63,105 bases of DNA from a virus (taxonomy: Duplodnaviria > Caudoviricetes). Under the pieces are notes generated by a model. That model did no database searches, was not told the DNA's origin, and was given only the letters and a program-made list of their open reading frames with translations. The stretch is taken from positions 1-63,105 of IMG/VR virus record IMGVR_UViG_3300036831_000039. The stretch is one strand, 5' to 3'. The translations under genes and the position numbers were made by a program. This document shows, in pieces, positions 30,852 through 40,225 of this stretch. The stretch's first letter is position 1. Each line of letters opens with the position of its first letter.

Positions 30852-31658
30852 CTATAGCCATTGATCCGGGGTAGAATTGGGAAATACTTTCAACGCATAA
30901 TCAATAAACGCAATATCAGGCTGCCATTCCCACTCGGAACCTTTCAACATAGCATTAAAGCCACTGTCCAATACCCGTAGCATGAACTTATTGCTATCAT
31001 CGTCCCGGTATAGGGAGATGATTTCATCCACCAGAGGCCCCATGTGCCGGAAGCCTTTTCGACTGTAGCTCCCTGGGACAAGCTTTCCGCGCTCATCACG
31101 CTGTGAGTTAACTTGATGAAGTAGGATTAGATTTACCGGATAGCGAGCAGCTTGCTTGACTATACCACTAAAATCAGCGTTAATTCCATCATACTCTGAT
31201 CCGAACGTTTTGCTTTCGATCTTATTGCGCCCAAACTCTGCTAGTCTAAACAGTAGCCACAAATCACTAGCGTTATCAATACCGATCGACCGACCAGCGC
31301 TAAGTGCTAGATCATATTGTTTTCGAAATAGATCTACTGCCCGCTTAGCTTGATCCTTGATGTTATCGGGATGGGCATTCATGTCTATTTCAGGAATGAA
31401 TACCACTCGGATGTCCTTGCCCTTAAAACGCTCGTCTAACCGCGCACGTCTAAGTCCCGCATAATCGTTGTTGAATACAATTAATGGTTCTGGCGCAGAC
31501 CCCATAAATGTATCTTTGCCACTCTTCTCAAGCCCTTCAACCGATACTATGATTGATTGCTTAATTGGCTGAAGGTTTTTAAGTGGATTAAACTGCTCTA
31601 ACAGGATCGAAGGGTCGGACATTATCGGGGGCGGAGTTATCAGTGTTGGATTGTTCAT
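30852..31658 (-). CDS. AAA_24/Sak4-like P-loop ATPase (recombination)
   Basis: GLEKSGKD Walker A, IGIDN Walker B, LILLH. Confidence 0.75.
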   Translation of the reverse strand: MNNPTLITPPPIMSDPSILLEQFNPLKNLQPIKQSIIVSVEGLEKSGKDTFMGSAPEPLIVFNNDYAGLRRARLDERFKGKDIRVVFIPEIDMNAHPDNIKDQAKRAVDLFRKQYDLALSAGRSIGIDNASDLWLLFRLAEFGRNKIESKTFGSEYDGINADFSGIVKQAARYPVNLILLHQVNSQRDERGKLVPGSYSRKGFRHMGPLVDEIISLYRDDDSNKFMLRVLDSGFNAMLKGSEWEWQPDIAFIDYALKVFPNSTPDQWL

Positions 31659-31950
31659 TTTCTTCTGTAGACTGCTCCTCTTCAGCCTCTGGCGGTGGAG
31701 TTCTAGGGCCGGATAACATCTTGTATGCTAGTTCAGCTTCTTCTTTGTGAACGTTAGCCAGCATAGTAGTAAGGAAAGTTAGCTGGTCTGAAATTTGGCC
31801 AGAAACGCTCACTAGCATATCTAGCAATCGTACCAGTGCGGTATCGATGCGAACGAACACCTTGCATTCACACTTACTAACCATGCATGGCTTTAGAGTA
31901 TGCGGGCCATGGCTACATGAGGCACAAATTACGTTATAGTCTGCCATCAA
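31588..31950 (-). CDS. Hypothetical Cys/His protein
   Basis: CASCSH..H..C..C.C motif. Confidence 0.5.
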   Translation of the reverse strand: MMADYNVICASCSHGPHTLKPCMVSKCECKVFVRIDTALVRLLDMLVSVSGQISDQLTFLTTMLANVHKEEAELAYKMLSGPRTPPPEAEEEQSTEENEQSNTDNSAPDNVRPFDPVRAV

Positions 31951-32255
31951 TTATCCTTGAGTCCACGATTGGTAAATAAAGGGACTGCGGAGGTATTTGA
32001 AATTTTAAGATCCTCTGATTCTGTAAGAGCCTCATTATAGGTGTCCATGATTGAGCCTAGTACAGGAGAAATAGCTCCATCTAAAGAGTAGATGTTATGA
32101 ATGGTCATTCGCACAATTTCAGTGCCAGATACCTCTGAGGATTCTTCTGGGAACTCCAGAAATATCGCACAGTTAACCCTGCTCTCTCGGCACTTATCCT
32201 TTAGTGCAGTTCCTAGATTCAGGACTTCTTTACGTAGATTTTCTTCTACTACCAT
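31947..32255 (-). CDS. Hypothetical protein
   Basis: Coupled overlaps at both ends. Confidence 0.5.
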   Translation of the reverse strand: MVVEENLRKEVLNLGTALKDKCRESRVNCAIFLEFPEESSEVSGTEIVRMTIHNIYSLDGAISPVLGSIMDTYNEALTESEDLKISNTSAVPLFTNRGLKDN

Positions 32256-32623
32256 TACCCCTCCATCCCTACCCTAGAAACCTTGCTAGTGACTAGCCCG
32301 GCAGTGCTTACCGTACTAAGGAATCGGCCTATTAGCTGGTCATAGTTTGCAATAGGAGTTCCGTATACCTCAAACGTATTACCTGCTTCTAGTGCATAAT
32401 AGTTAATCACATGTGAAAACCAGTGATAAGCCTTGATAGCTAACTCACTGGCAGGATATGTTACCTTCCACCCATGGGCTCCTCGCCAGATAATGAACGA
32501 ATTACTATCTACTGAATCCATTGTAATGTCTGGAAGGGTCCCTTTACCATTTAATATAATGTTACCCCCCTTATTACACCTAATTTTTGCATATATTTTC
32601 TGTGCTGAATAATCATACTCCAA
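32255..32623 (-). CDS. Hypothetical protein (start uncertain)
   Basis: ORF in operon context. Confidence 0.4.
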   Translation of the reverse strand: MEYDYSAQKIYAKIRCNKGGNIILNGKGTLPDITMDSVDSNSFIIWRGAHGWKVTYPASELAIKAYHWFSHVINYYALEAGNTFEVYGTPIANYDQLIGRFLSTVSTAGLVTSKVSRVGMEG

Positions 32624-33189
32624 TTTTTCTCTACTTCTGCCGGAGTAAATTGTACCAACACTTGCCTAACCTTTGCGGGCATATCCCCCCAAAACCATAT
32701 TCGGAAGAAAGCCTCTGTCATCCCATATAGCTTACAGTAAGCCATAGCTTGCCATAACCACTCAGGTTTGTGAGTTTCAATATCCACCACAGAGGAACCA
32801 TCCGCAAACAGTTTAATCATGTTCTTCTCACGAATGTAGGTAGATTTCCACTCCTCTAGTCGCCAGTGAATGATGTTAATAGCGTCTGGAGTTAGGAATA
32901 TTCCGTCAATCTCATCCTCACCGGGGCGAACTAGTTCACCTCCGGATAGATCTACCTGATATTGATTGAGGATATAGGCTATGATCCGTTCCCACAGAAA
33001 GCCCTGCTCAAAAATCATCTTTTTCTGGGGGGAATCATAGTTAGCTTTTCCCGCTCGATTGATACCATACGAGAGCAAGCGATGCTTAGTTATGTCGGTT
33101 AGATGTAATCCCGCTGATCTAATACTGTCCTTCTCGGGGGAGAGGGACAAAGTATTGTAATCAAACGGAACATCAATTAGGACTGGCAT
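32551..33189 (-). CDS. PD-(D/E)XK exonuclease (Cas4/lambda-exo-like)
   Basis: GFLWE, LTPDA, EEWKST, WQAMAY. Confidence 0.8.
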   Translation of the reverse strand: MPVLIDVPFDYNTLSLSPEKDSIRSAGLHLTDITKHRLLSYGINRAGKANYDSPQKKMIFEQGFLWERIIAYILNQYQVDLSGGELVRPGEDEIDGIFLTPDAINIIHWRLEEWKSTYIREKNMIKLFADGSSVVDIETHKPEWLWQAMAYCKLYGMTEAFFRIWFWGDMPAKVRQVLVQFTPAEVEKNWSMIIQHRKYMQKLGVIRGVTLY

Positions 33190-33403
33190 ACACTCTCGAA
33201 GACAGCAATTTATCTAGGTAAACTATCATGTCCTCCGATGACTTAATTTCCGCCGGATCGGTAAGAGTATCGTGTTGAGATTTGAGTGCGTTTAATAGCA
33301 ATCGTTGCTTCCTACTATGGCGTACACGAAACATGTACTCATTAGGAACACTAACGAATCTATCTAGCTCAGCATCGAATCGTGTTTTGAGGTGGCCTGA
33401 CAT
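33173..33403 (-). CDS. Hypothetical protein
   Basis: ORF in operon context. Confidence 0.45.
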   Translation of the reverse strand: MSGHLKTRFDAELDRFVSVPNEYMFRVRHSRKQRLLLNALKSQHDTLTDPAEIKSSEDMIVYLDKLLSSRVYASPN

Positions 33404-33413
33404 TTGTAGCTAG

Positions 33414-33647
33414 TTAATCTTCTGCTGTAAGATAAGTTCTGTCATTCAGAGATTTCGCATAAGTTTTTGCATCACAAAAATAGTCAGTGCGCCAATGCCC
33501 TAGACATGTATCACACATTTGCTTATGTCCGCCGGCCCATCCTAGGATTACTAGTTGCCCACAACATTGACACGTAAAGGGCTTATTCTCTATCCTACGC
33601 CATCCATTTCCTATCATGGCTCCAGCAATTGAACTTGATATTTCCAT
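33414..33647 (-). CDS. Small Zn-finger-like protein
   Basis: CQCC...CDTC. Confidence 0.45.
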   Translation of the reverse strand: MEISSSIAGAMIGNGWRRIENKPFTCQCCGQLVILGWAGGHKQMCDTCLGHWRTDYFCDAKTYAKSLNDRTYLTAED

Positions 33648-33671
33648 ACATTCTGTTCCAAAAGTAAAATA

Positions 33672-33755
33672 CCCCGATAACCACGGAATACTTGATAGGA
33701 GGGACGAGGAGGCCAGATACTATCAATATTCCACCAGTACCGTGCACGTCTCGGG
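33672..33755 (-). ncRNA. Candidate structured RNA (long nested hairpin)
   Basis: CCCGA/TCGGG, CACGG/CCGTG and GGAATATTGATAG/CTATCAAGTATTCC pairings; C-rich loop; T-rich tail. Confidence 0.35.
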
Positions 33756-33812
33756 ATCACAACGTCGAGGAGTTTCAGCATGTCATCCTCTTTAGAGCTA
33801 GTGAGTCTAGCT

Positions 33813-33983
33813 CTATCCCACTACCGGCATTTCACGTTCAATCTTTCTAGCCGGGATCATACATCCTCTAGTTCCCTTACACTTCCAACAGTTAAGGTCT
33901 AGTGGAGCCGGAGGATTCCAACCATTATCCTGGTCTTCTGCCCCACATTCTTGGCACTCATAGATTGTAATTGTGCCCGACAT
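33813..33983 (-). CDS. 56-aa Zn-ribbon protein (not in ORF track)
   Basis: MSGTITIYECQECG...CWKCKGT...VVG*. Confidence 0.6.
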   Translation of the reverse strand: MSGTITIYECQECGAEDQDNGWNPPAPLDLNCWKCKGTRGCMIPARKIEREMPVVG

Positions 33984-33986
33984 GCT

Positions 33987-34814
33987 TTAGACCGCCTTAA
34001 AGTTGCTTCCGTCGAAAGTAACCGCACTACCGGCAAGTAGGGCAGGAAGTGAAGCCTTCTGGGTGTAGATCACATTACTGATCACATTACGGTCGGACGC
34101 ATCCGCCTGGATATTGCCGAAATGCTCATTCAGGTAGCCCTTCTGGAAAAGTTCCATATGGGACACTGTACCATGCGCCTGGACAACTGAAGTAAGCGCC
34201 TGTGTAACCTTAGCTACCGTTTCCGGACTAGGAGCATTAGACGCCGGTGATGGAGCGCTTGCCGGAGCCTCGGCTGCCGGACTAAAGGAAGTACCTCCGC
34301 CCTGTAGCTGGAGAGGGACAGTATAAGTGCGCTTAGAACTCTTAGATGGCTTATCGTTGGTAAACTGGAATGTCATACCATTGAGGCAATCTGCACGGAA
34401 AATACTGATGTCGTTATCCGACACACCAGCACGGTTAGCGGAACGAAGAAAGAAGGCCCATGGTGCATTTTTGCCAATAAGCTTCTTCTTTTCATCAATA
34501 GTCAGTGCCCGCTTAGCGACTAACGCCTTACCATCAGAGGTAACCGTTACTGCATCACTATCCCAAGCAATACCTGTGGAAAGCTCCCCTACGCGGATAT
34601 CCTTATGGTTCTTAGCAGTAATGCCCATAATGCGAGCAGCGATTACGTTCTTAACTACATCCTCATTCTTCTTATCATCGTGGTACTTCTGCTCTAGTTT
34701 GAAAAACTGACCGTCCTTGATAGTAACAATGGCCCCCTCTAGGAACAGCCCATTGTCTTTAAGATCATCAAGTCCAACTCCGGTAAGCTCTCCATCATAT
34801 GTGGTATTAGTCAA
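33987..34814 (-). CDS. Putative ssDNA-binding/replication protein
   Basis: Highly biased codons, P/A linker, position beside exonuclease and ATPase; TTG start with AAAGGG RBS. Confidence 0.45.
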   Translation of the reverse strand: MTNTTYDGELTGVGLDDLKDNGLFLEGAIVTIKDGQFFKLEQKYHDDKKNEDVVKNVIAARIMGITAKNHKDIRVGELSTGIAWDSDAVTVTSDGKALVAKRALTIDEKKKLIGKNAPWAFFLRSANRAGVSDNDISIFRADCLNGMTFQFTNDKPSKSSKRTYTVPLQLQGGGTSFSPAAEAPASAPSPASNAPSPETVAKVTQALTSVVQAHGTVSHMELFQKGYLNEHFGNIQADASDRNVISNVIYTQKASLPALLAGSAVTFDGSNFKAV

Positions 34815-35136
34815 TCAGTAACCCTTTCGTTGTTTGTTATTCTGGATACTACTACCTGTTGCTTGCCATACATCGTACAAAACTGAAGCATCAAAAGTCA
34901 AGGTTGAAATGTTATCCAGTCCAATCTTCATGCAAGTTCTTTAGTTTTTCCTTATACCTCCATTCTCCACAATTATAGCAAAGTCTGTATGGATACGAGC
35001 TATCTCTTCCAGCCCAATAATGGAACAATATGCAATCCAACCATGGCAATAATTTAAGTCGAACTACAAGACGTTCTCCGGGTTGATAGTCTCGTGGAAG
35101 AGCAGAGGATTGGCAATCCATAGAAAACTGTTAATA

Positions 35137-35331
35137 CTATGTAGAGTTTCTGAGCATAAAGAATGTTCCTGGCCACAAACTATAAACAATATAATCTAGC
35201 TCATAGCCGTCTGCTTGAATATTTACAACCCTATGTAGGCCAGAAAAGATATCTTTAGGGAATTCGGATCCTACGTGCCAATCATAAGCAATTAGTTTCC
35301 CATCAGTGTCCTTACAATTTATAGTTAACAT
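35137..35331 (-). CDS. Hypothetical protein
   Basis: ORF in operon context. Confidence 0.45.
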   Translation of the reverse strand: MLTINCKDTDGKLIAYDWHVGSEFPKDIFSGLHRVVNIQADGYELDYIVYSLWPGTFFMLRNST

Positions 35332-35342
35332 TCTATAAGCCT

Positions 35343-37205
35343 TTATATAATCATCGCATCTGGTACTGCATCAGTGTATTTAATTGCCGATAAAAACCAT
35401 CTCTGAAACATTTTCCGATTATACTCTAGGACATTTTCTATGTTGGAATCAAGAATAAATCCCTCACACCAGTCTAGCTCACTTCGCATTCCCCTCCATA
35501 ATGATTGCACTAATTCTTGTACCATCATAAATGTTCCGTAGTCTTTGTCAGCCTCACACCGCGCCCGAAATACGGCGTTTTGTGAATTAGAGTATGGAAG
35601 CTTGGGGACAATCACATATCGGCAATAATCGTGTGGTAGATCTACACCAGTTGAGAAATTTGGCCCGACCAACACACACGGGCCAGTTCTACGTTTAAGC
35701 TCTGATAATGCCGCCGGAAGCTCCTGAGCCGATTTTGGAGCAATCATGAGGTCTTTAAACATTGAATACTTCAGGAAAATTTCCTGTAGCCGATACGAAA
35801 CAGTGGGAATAATTCCCTTCCGATCCAAACGCCTAGCTATGATCTGGTCCGTTCGCTGGACGATACGTCGAATATCCTCTTCCGAACTCTCATAGTTCAT
35901 TTTGGTGGTAGGCATTACATAGATAGGCCTACGCCAAGTTGGAAAGGGGCAATCGTATTCAAAGTAATCTACGTCAGATATGTCTAGCCCGATTTGTTCG
36001 AGAATCTTGGGGCGAATGGTAGCTGATACTATTAGGATTTTATTAGCACCATTTATGAGAAGTTCTCGAAAATCAGAAGGATATATTGGGGTAAATTCTT
36101 TACCGCCTTTGGGAGTATCCTCTATTACCCAATTATCATTAACCCATAAACTCATTATGTCTAACTTGAGCTTGAGCCGTTTTAGCCCTATTAGCGCCTG
36201 TGCGTCCCCCATTCGGGTAGCAGTTTCGATGCGGTTAGCCATCCATCCACGAAGAGTAGTGGCCTTTACAGCCCATTCCGAGATTGTCATAGTTCTATAC
36301 TTAGGCAATCTCAGTAAGACTTTCATTTCATATTCGGATAGCTCAAACTTCACCGCGTCACTTAGGGCCTGTGGAACAGAATGTCCTTCGTCCCATACCA
36401 CAGTAGAGAATTGCCCTAGGCCTTCTGAGTGTAGATTAGAGGATATATTTAACGAGTAATTAGTTATGACCCGTTGTTTCCATTTTGAAGCTTTAATGCG
36501 GTCGTAATACTGACATCCACCCTCAGTATATAGTTCACACTCTCGCTTAGTTATTATTCCTATCTGACACGGCGCATGCGCAACGCATCGTTCATTCCTA
36601 TCTGATTTGCTCTCTGATTTTCTCTTATCTGCTGCTCGAACATAATGTCCATTACTCGTGCATCCATTTGCTGTTGTAGGATTGCTTGAATTTCTGCTAC
36701 ATTTACAGGATTCTCTTGGGGCTGTAGTGGCTCTGGAGGAATTGCTGGATCTATCACCGGAAAGTTCATGAAATCGTCCGGTGGATTTACTACCCACTGA
36801 AATGGTAGGTCCTGAGCTACTATTCTCCCTCGAAATTCCCTCCCCAGGATTTCCCCAGGCTTGTAATTCGCGGGTAAACTTGAGTCGCTCTTCAAGTGAG
36901 ATATGCTCCCACTCACAAGAGTAGTTACTGCGCCCTTTGATGTCGAAGAGGCCCGTTTCTTCCGACCACTCATGATTATATTGCTCCTGTAAAAATTTGG
37001 AACTAGTATCTATAAGCATACGACGGTTGGATATAAGCATCTCTCCCATTACTAGCATTGTTTTACCAAAGCCGGGAGGAGCATCGTGCACTACGATTCG
37101 CTTCTTAGAAGCTAATGATGCCTGTACAGCCTCAAACTGTCCACTACGCCATTCTGTAAATCGAAGTGGAGCCCCATATAGGTATGGAGGTGGGTAATTA
37201 TTCAT
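35343..37205 (-). CDS. DinG/Rad3-like SF2 helicase with Fe-S region and ~100-aa insert
   Basis: APPGFGKT, KGRSNYSC, CQYY, TNYS, DEGH, SAT, GVDLP, KLPY. Confidence 0.9.
   Translation of the reverse strand: MNNYPPPYLYGAPLRFTEWRSGQFEAVQASLASKKRIVVHDAPPGFGKTMLVMGEMLISNRRMLIDTSSKFLQEQYNHEWSEETGLFDIKGRSNYSCEWEHISLEERLKFTRELQAWGNPGEGISRENSSSGPTISVGSKSTGRFHELSGDRSSNSSRATTAPRESCKCSRNSSNPTTANGCTSNGHYVRAADKRKSESKSDRNERCVAHAPCQIGIITKRECELYTEGGCQYYDRIKASKWKQRVITNYSLNISSNLHSEGLGQFSTVVWDEGHSVPQALSDAVKFELSEYEMKVLLRLPKYRTMTISEWAVKATTLRGWMANRIETATRMGDAQALIGLKRLKLKLDIMSLWVNDNWVIEDTPKGGKEFTPIYPSDFRELLINGANKILIVSATIRPKILEQIGLDISDVDYFEYDCPFPTWRRPIYVMPTTKMNYESSEEDIRRIVQRTDQIIARRLDRKGIIPTVSYRLQEIFLKYSMFKDLMIAPKSAQELPAALSELKRRTGPCVLVGPNFSTGVDLPHDYCRYVIVPKLPYSNSQNAVFRARCEADKDYGTFMMVQELVQSLWRGMRSELDWCEGFILDSNIENVLEYNRKMFQRWFLSAIKYTDAVPDAMII
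36560..36973 (-). CDS. Candidate overlapping gene nested in the helicase (alternative frame; start uncertain)
   Basis: Open for 137 codons; the C-terminal ~100 aa read as protein-like sequence with genome-typical codons. Confidence 0.45.
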   Translation of the reverse strand: MSGRKKRASSTSKGAVTTLVSGSISHLKSDSSLPANYKPGEILGREFRGRIVAQDLPFQWVVNPPDDFMNFPVIDPAIPPEPLQPQENPVNVAEIQAILQQQMDARVMDIMFEQQIRENQRANQIGMNDALRMRRVR

Positions 37206-37518
37206 TATTACTATACGGACTGCTTATACTAGCGTCTAGTTTTTGTAATTGAGCCTTAGCTATTGGTATATACATCCGGTCATATTCCAAACATTTTGCT
37301 GATTCTTTCAGCGCAAAATAAACATTTATTCTAGATTTAACCTCATGCTCATGTTCTTTTGCAATATAAGCCTCAGAATCCATTAATCCAGTAGTAATTG
37401 ATAAGCCAAATATTATTAAGAAACAGACAATACCTAAGAAAATGGCAGGAACTATACCTCTATGTATACAATAAAGAATTACTAAAATTAGCGCAAACAA
37501 CGTCATAATGTCAATCAT
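37198..37518 (-). CDS. Membrane protein
   Basis: Two N-terminal hydrophobic segments. Confidence 0.55.
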   Translation of the reverse strand: MIDIMTLFALILVILYCIHRGIVPAIFLGIVCFLIIFGLSITTGLMDSEAYIAKEHEHEVKSRINVYFALKESAKCLEYDRMYIPIAKAQLQKLDASISSPYSNNE

Positions 37519-37520
37519 AA

Positions 37521-37730
37521 TTATTCTATCTTCTCTAGCTCGCTAGGCATAAATTCCCAATAGGTTGCCCAAAAGGGCCTATACATTTCAGCTATTACAG
37601 TCCAATGAGGACGCATAATTTTGGAGCTAGTTAAGTAACATTTACTTACTATACCTGAGTATTCTTTATATTTTATTTTCTCGCCTGATTGGAATGGGCA
37701 GTGCTTAACATCTATATCTAGCTCGGTCAT
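37521..37730 (-). CDS. Hypothetical protein
   Basis: ATGA overlap. Confidence 0.5.
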   Translation of the reverse strand: MTELDIDVKHCPFQSGEKIKYKEYSGIVSKCYLTSSKIMRPHWTVIAEMYRPFWATYWEFMPSELEKIE

Positions 37731-37930
37731 AATTCATGTCCGTATAAAATTCGCCTGCATGACTCAAAAGCGTTCCACGCAGTAAATATTCGTGAATATT
37801 GCCTTTCAGTTATACCATGATATTGCCCGAATTGGCCACAAAAAGACCTATAGGCTCTGCGTTCACTAAGCCAGCGCATGCCTAAATGTCCTACTATTTG
37901 ACGTGCGAGCACATTACTTTTGTCACTCAT
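37727..37930 (-). CDS. Hypothetical protein
   Basis: ORF in operon context. Confidence 0.45.
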   Translation of the reverse strand: MSDKSNVLARQIVGHLGMRWLSERRAYRSFCGQFGQYHGITERQYSRIFTAWNAFESCRRILYGHEL

Positions 37931-38087
37931 TTTCCCGCCACTTCATTTTATAAGGGGTCATACATGAGCACCCTACTCCAATCACTAAGTAAATGGATAC
38001 CTTCTAGGCATCTATCGCATATGCTTGAATAAGTAAGTACATAACAACAGCACACAGGGTGAAAATTGCACTTACACCTGGTAAGCT

Positions 38088-39230
38088 TCATTTTCCTACC
38101 GCTCTATGTTTGCTTTCGATCCGTGACATAACCTTTTGTACACGTCCGTATAGTTCATTAGGCTCACATTTATTGGCCACAAGTTGTGCCTTAAGCCCTG
38201 CAATTGTACCATCTCCGAAAAAGTGGTGTGGAGAATATAGGGTCACAAATTCTACAGTATGCATAGCCCATAAGGATTCAATAAATTCCGGGATTAGTGC
38301 AATATCCTGTGGGCTAGAATCGGACGGGCCGCATTCACCACACGTGAACGGAATCTCACCCTTCCACCCAACACTCTTGAGGTATGGAATGTATCCTCCC
38401 CATCCGTAGAGCCGGCCTAGCGAGCCCGCTAGAAAAGGCATTCCTTCGTTCTGATACAAATGTCCGGATAGCACATCGTAAACGTATCCGGGTGTCCAAG
38501 CATCATGTATAAGCCTAGCACTGGCGCTAGTCTCTAGTAATGAACTATTAGCTAGTAGGTTCACAGTTTGGGCTTTGTACATTGAAGCGAGATAGCCCGC
38601 AGTTGCACACTCAGGCCCCATTATAATAGTTTTTGGTAATACCGATTTCCAACCATCAATAAAAGGACGATCTACAAATAATAATGTATGCTGAGCGGCA
38701 GGCTGCCAATCCCCTTGCCAATCCCTATCTATTAAATGTTTAGTAGGGTAATTGGGATCGTCCCGTTCATTGCCAATGCCCACCCAGGAAACCTTTGTAG
38801 CCCATGGACGCCCAGCAAAGGCTGCCCCTTGATTAAATATGACTTGACGATCTATGTTTAAGGGCGGATTTTCACAATAATCAAGGTCATGAGCATACAC
38901 TAGATTATCTACCCCTACTCCTCCATCGGGCCGGACAAAACGTAAGCATCCACCTCTAGGCTCATCTACAAGACCACCCCCATAAGCTTTTACTCCACCA
39001 ACTGCTTCTGGAGGAATAGCGCCTATATTAGCAAATACATCCCCGTATTGGACGGTAGTTTCAATGGCCTCGTCTATTTGAGAAAAGTTATATATTCCTG
39101 GTTCATCGGTAAGAAAGTTTGCAGCCGCATCTCCTCCAGCACGATATCCACTTACTCCCATATCTCGAAGCCGGGACAGAAGTAATTCATTTACTGGAAA
39201 TTGATTTATTACAAGGTGTAGGAATCCCAT
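38088..39230 (-). CDS. Clan GH-A-like glycoside hydrolase (TIM barrel)
   Basis: PGIYNFSQID, WVGIGNE acid/base, IMGP, DVLSGHLY, TCGECG nucleophile. Confidence 0.7.
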   Translation of the reverse strand: MGFLHLVINQFPVNELLLSRLRDMGVSGYRAGGDAAANFLTDEPGIYNFSQIDEAIETTVQYGDVFANIGAIPPEAVGGVKAYGGGLVDEPRGGCLRFVRPDGGVGVDNLVYAHDLDYCENPPLNIDRQVIFNQGAAFAGRPWATKVSWVGIGNERDDPNYPTKHLIDRDWQGDWQPAAQHTLLFVDRPFIDGWKSVLPKTIIMGPECATAGYLASMYKAQTVNLLANSSLLETSASARLIHDAWTPGYVYDVLSGHLYQNEGMPFLAGSLGRLYGWGGYIPYLKSVGWKGEIPFTCGECGPSDSSPQDIALIPEFIESLWAMHTVEFVTLYSPHHFFGDGTIAGLKAQLVANKCEPNELYGRVQKVMSRIESKHRAVGK

Positions 39231-39532
39231 CAGTCTATAGTGTATCCGTAAATATTTTTGTGAATTTCCAAAAGCCTACTTACACTGATAGTATCACTAT
39301 CTTCGAAACGATTTAGTAGTTCAACGATCGCCTTATGAAATGTATGATCTTTACTAGACACTTCTATTTGCCATCTAATTCTCTCAATCTCTCTTTTGGT
39401 CATAATTTAGCGCTTCCATGCAAAACGGACAATATACCACTGATGGCACAGTTCCATTCCGTAGCCACATGACAAAGTTCCTGGAGCAATTGCTACATTT
39501 ATAATTGATTTTATATAAGTTATCCAACATCT

Positions 39533-40225
39533 TTATGGCCGTGCTGGACTACACTGCTGCCCACAGGATTGTCCCGTCCACCAAGTGTAAAACGGCTGCT
39601 GATCTACCCCCACTACATAAAACGGATACTCATGGGTATTTCTTAGCTCTCCTGGGCGATCAAAGGATACCGTACAATCCTCTTTACAATTGGAATCATC
39701 AATCATGCCATCATAGAACAGAGCGTTAAAGAGGACTTGTCCATGGATTTTGCCATCCTCTCCAGCAACTCCTCCAAAGGTTCCTCTGCCACTCCACGCT
39801 TCCGCAGCACTACAATCGATGGAGATATCTATCTTGACGCATTTTAATCTCATGGGCTTTGTTACTGTATGGTCATGAATAACCCCGAGAGGAGAATCAT
39901 ACCCCAATTGTGCAAAATAATCTTGAGGAATTATGTTTGAACCGTGAATTTGCCAACTATCCACTGCGGCTGCATTACATTCTAACCACTTATAATGGGC
40001 CCCAATAGCTGATCCGTATTTTTGGCGGATATCATCATACCAGCTATTGGCCTTGTGGAGTTGGGCTAGATATTGAGGATTAATTGTTGGACAGCGCACT
40101 AGATCTGGATTCGGGTCTAGTGTTTGAGCATGGACCGCACTTGTAATCAGTAGTAGTATTATACAAATAAGTATAGTCACTAATAGTATGTTAATAGGGG
40201 CAGGATCGTCATTGTATTGTTTCAT
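39533..40225 (-). CDS. Exported Cys-rich protein
   Basis: Long hydrophobic N-segment ending AVHA-Q; multiple Cys in the mature part. Confidence 0.6.
   Translation of the reverse strand: MKQYNDDPAPINILLVTILICIILLLITSAVHAQTLDPNPDLVRCPTINPQYLAQLHKANSWYDDIRQKYGSAIGAHYKWLECNAAAVDSWQIHGSNIIPQDYFAQLGYDSPLGVIHDHTVTKPMRLKCVKIDISIDCSAAEAWSGRGTFGGVAGEDGKIHGQVLFNALFYDGMIDDSNCKEDCTVSFDRPGELRNTHEYPFYVVGVDQQPFYTWWTGQSCGQQCSPARP

Noticed and set aside
35078-35120. tRNA-like fragment on + (GGAAGAGCAGAGGATTGGCAATCC)
   Set aside because: No T arm, acceptor pairing or CCA, and it is on the wrong strand for this arm.
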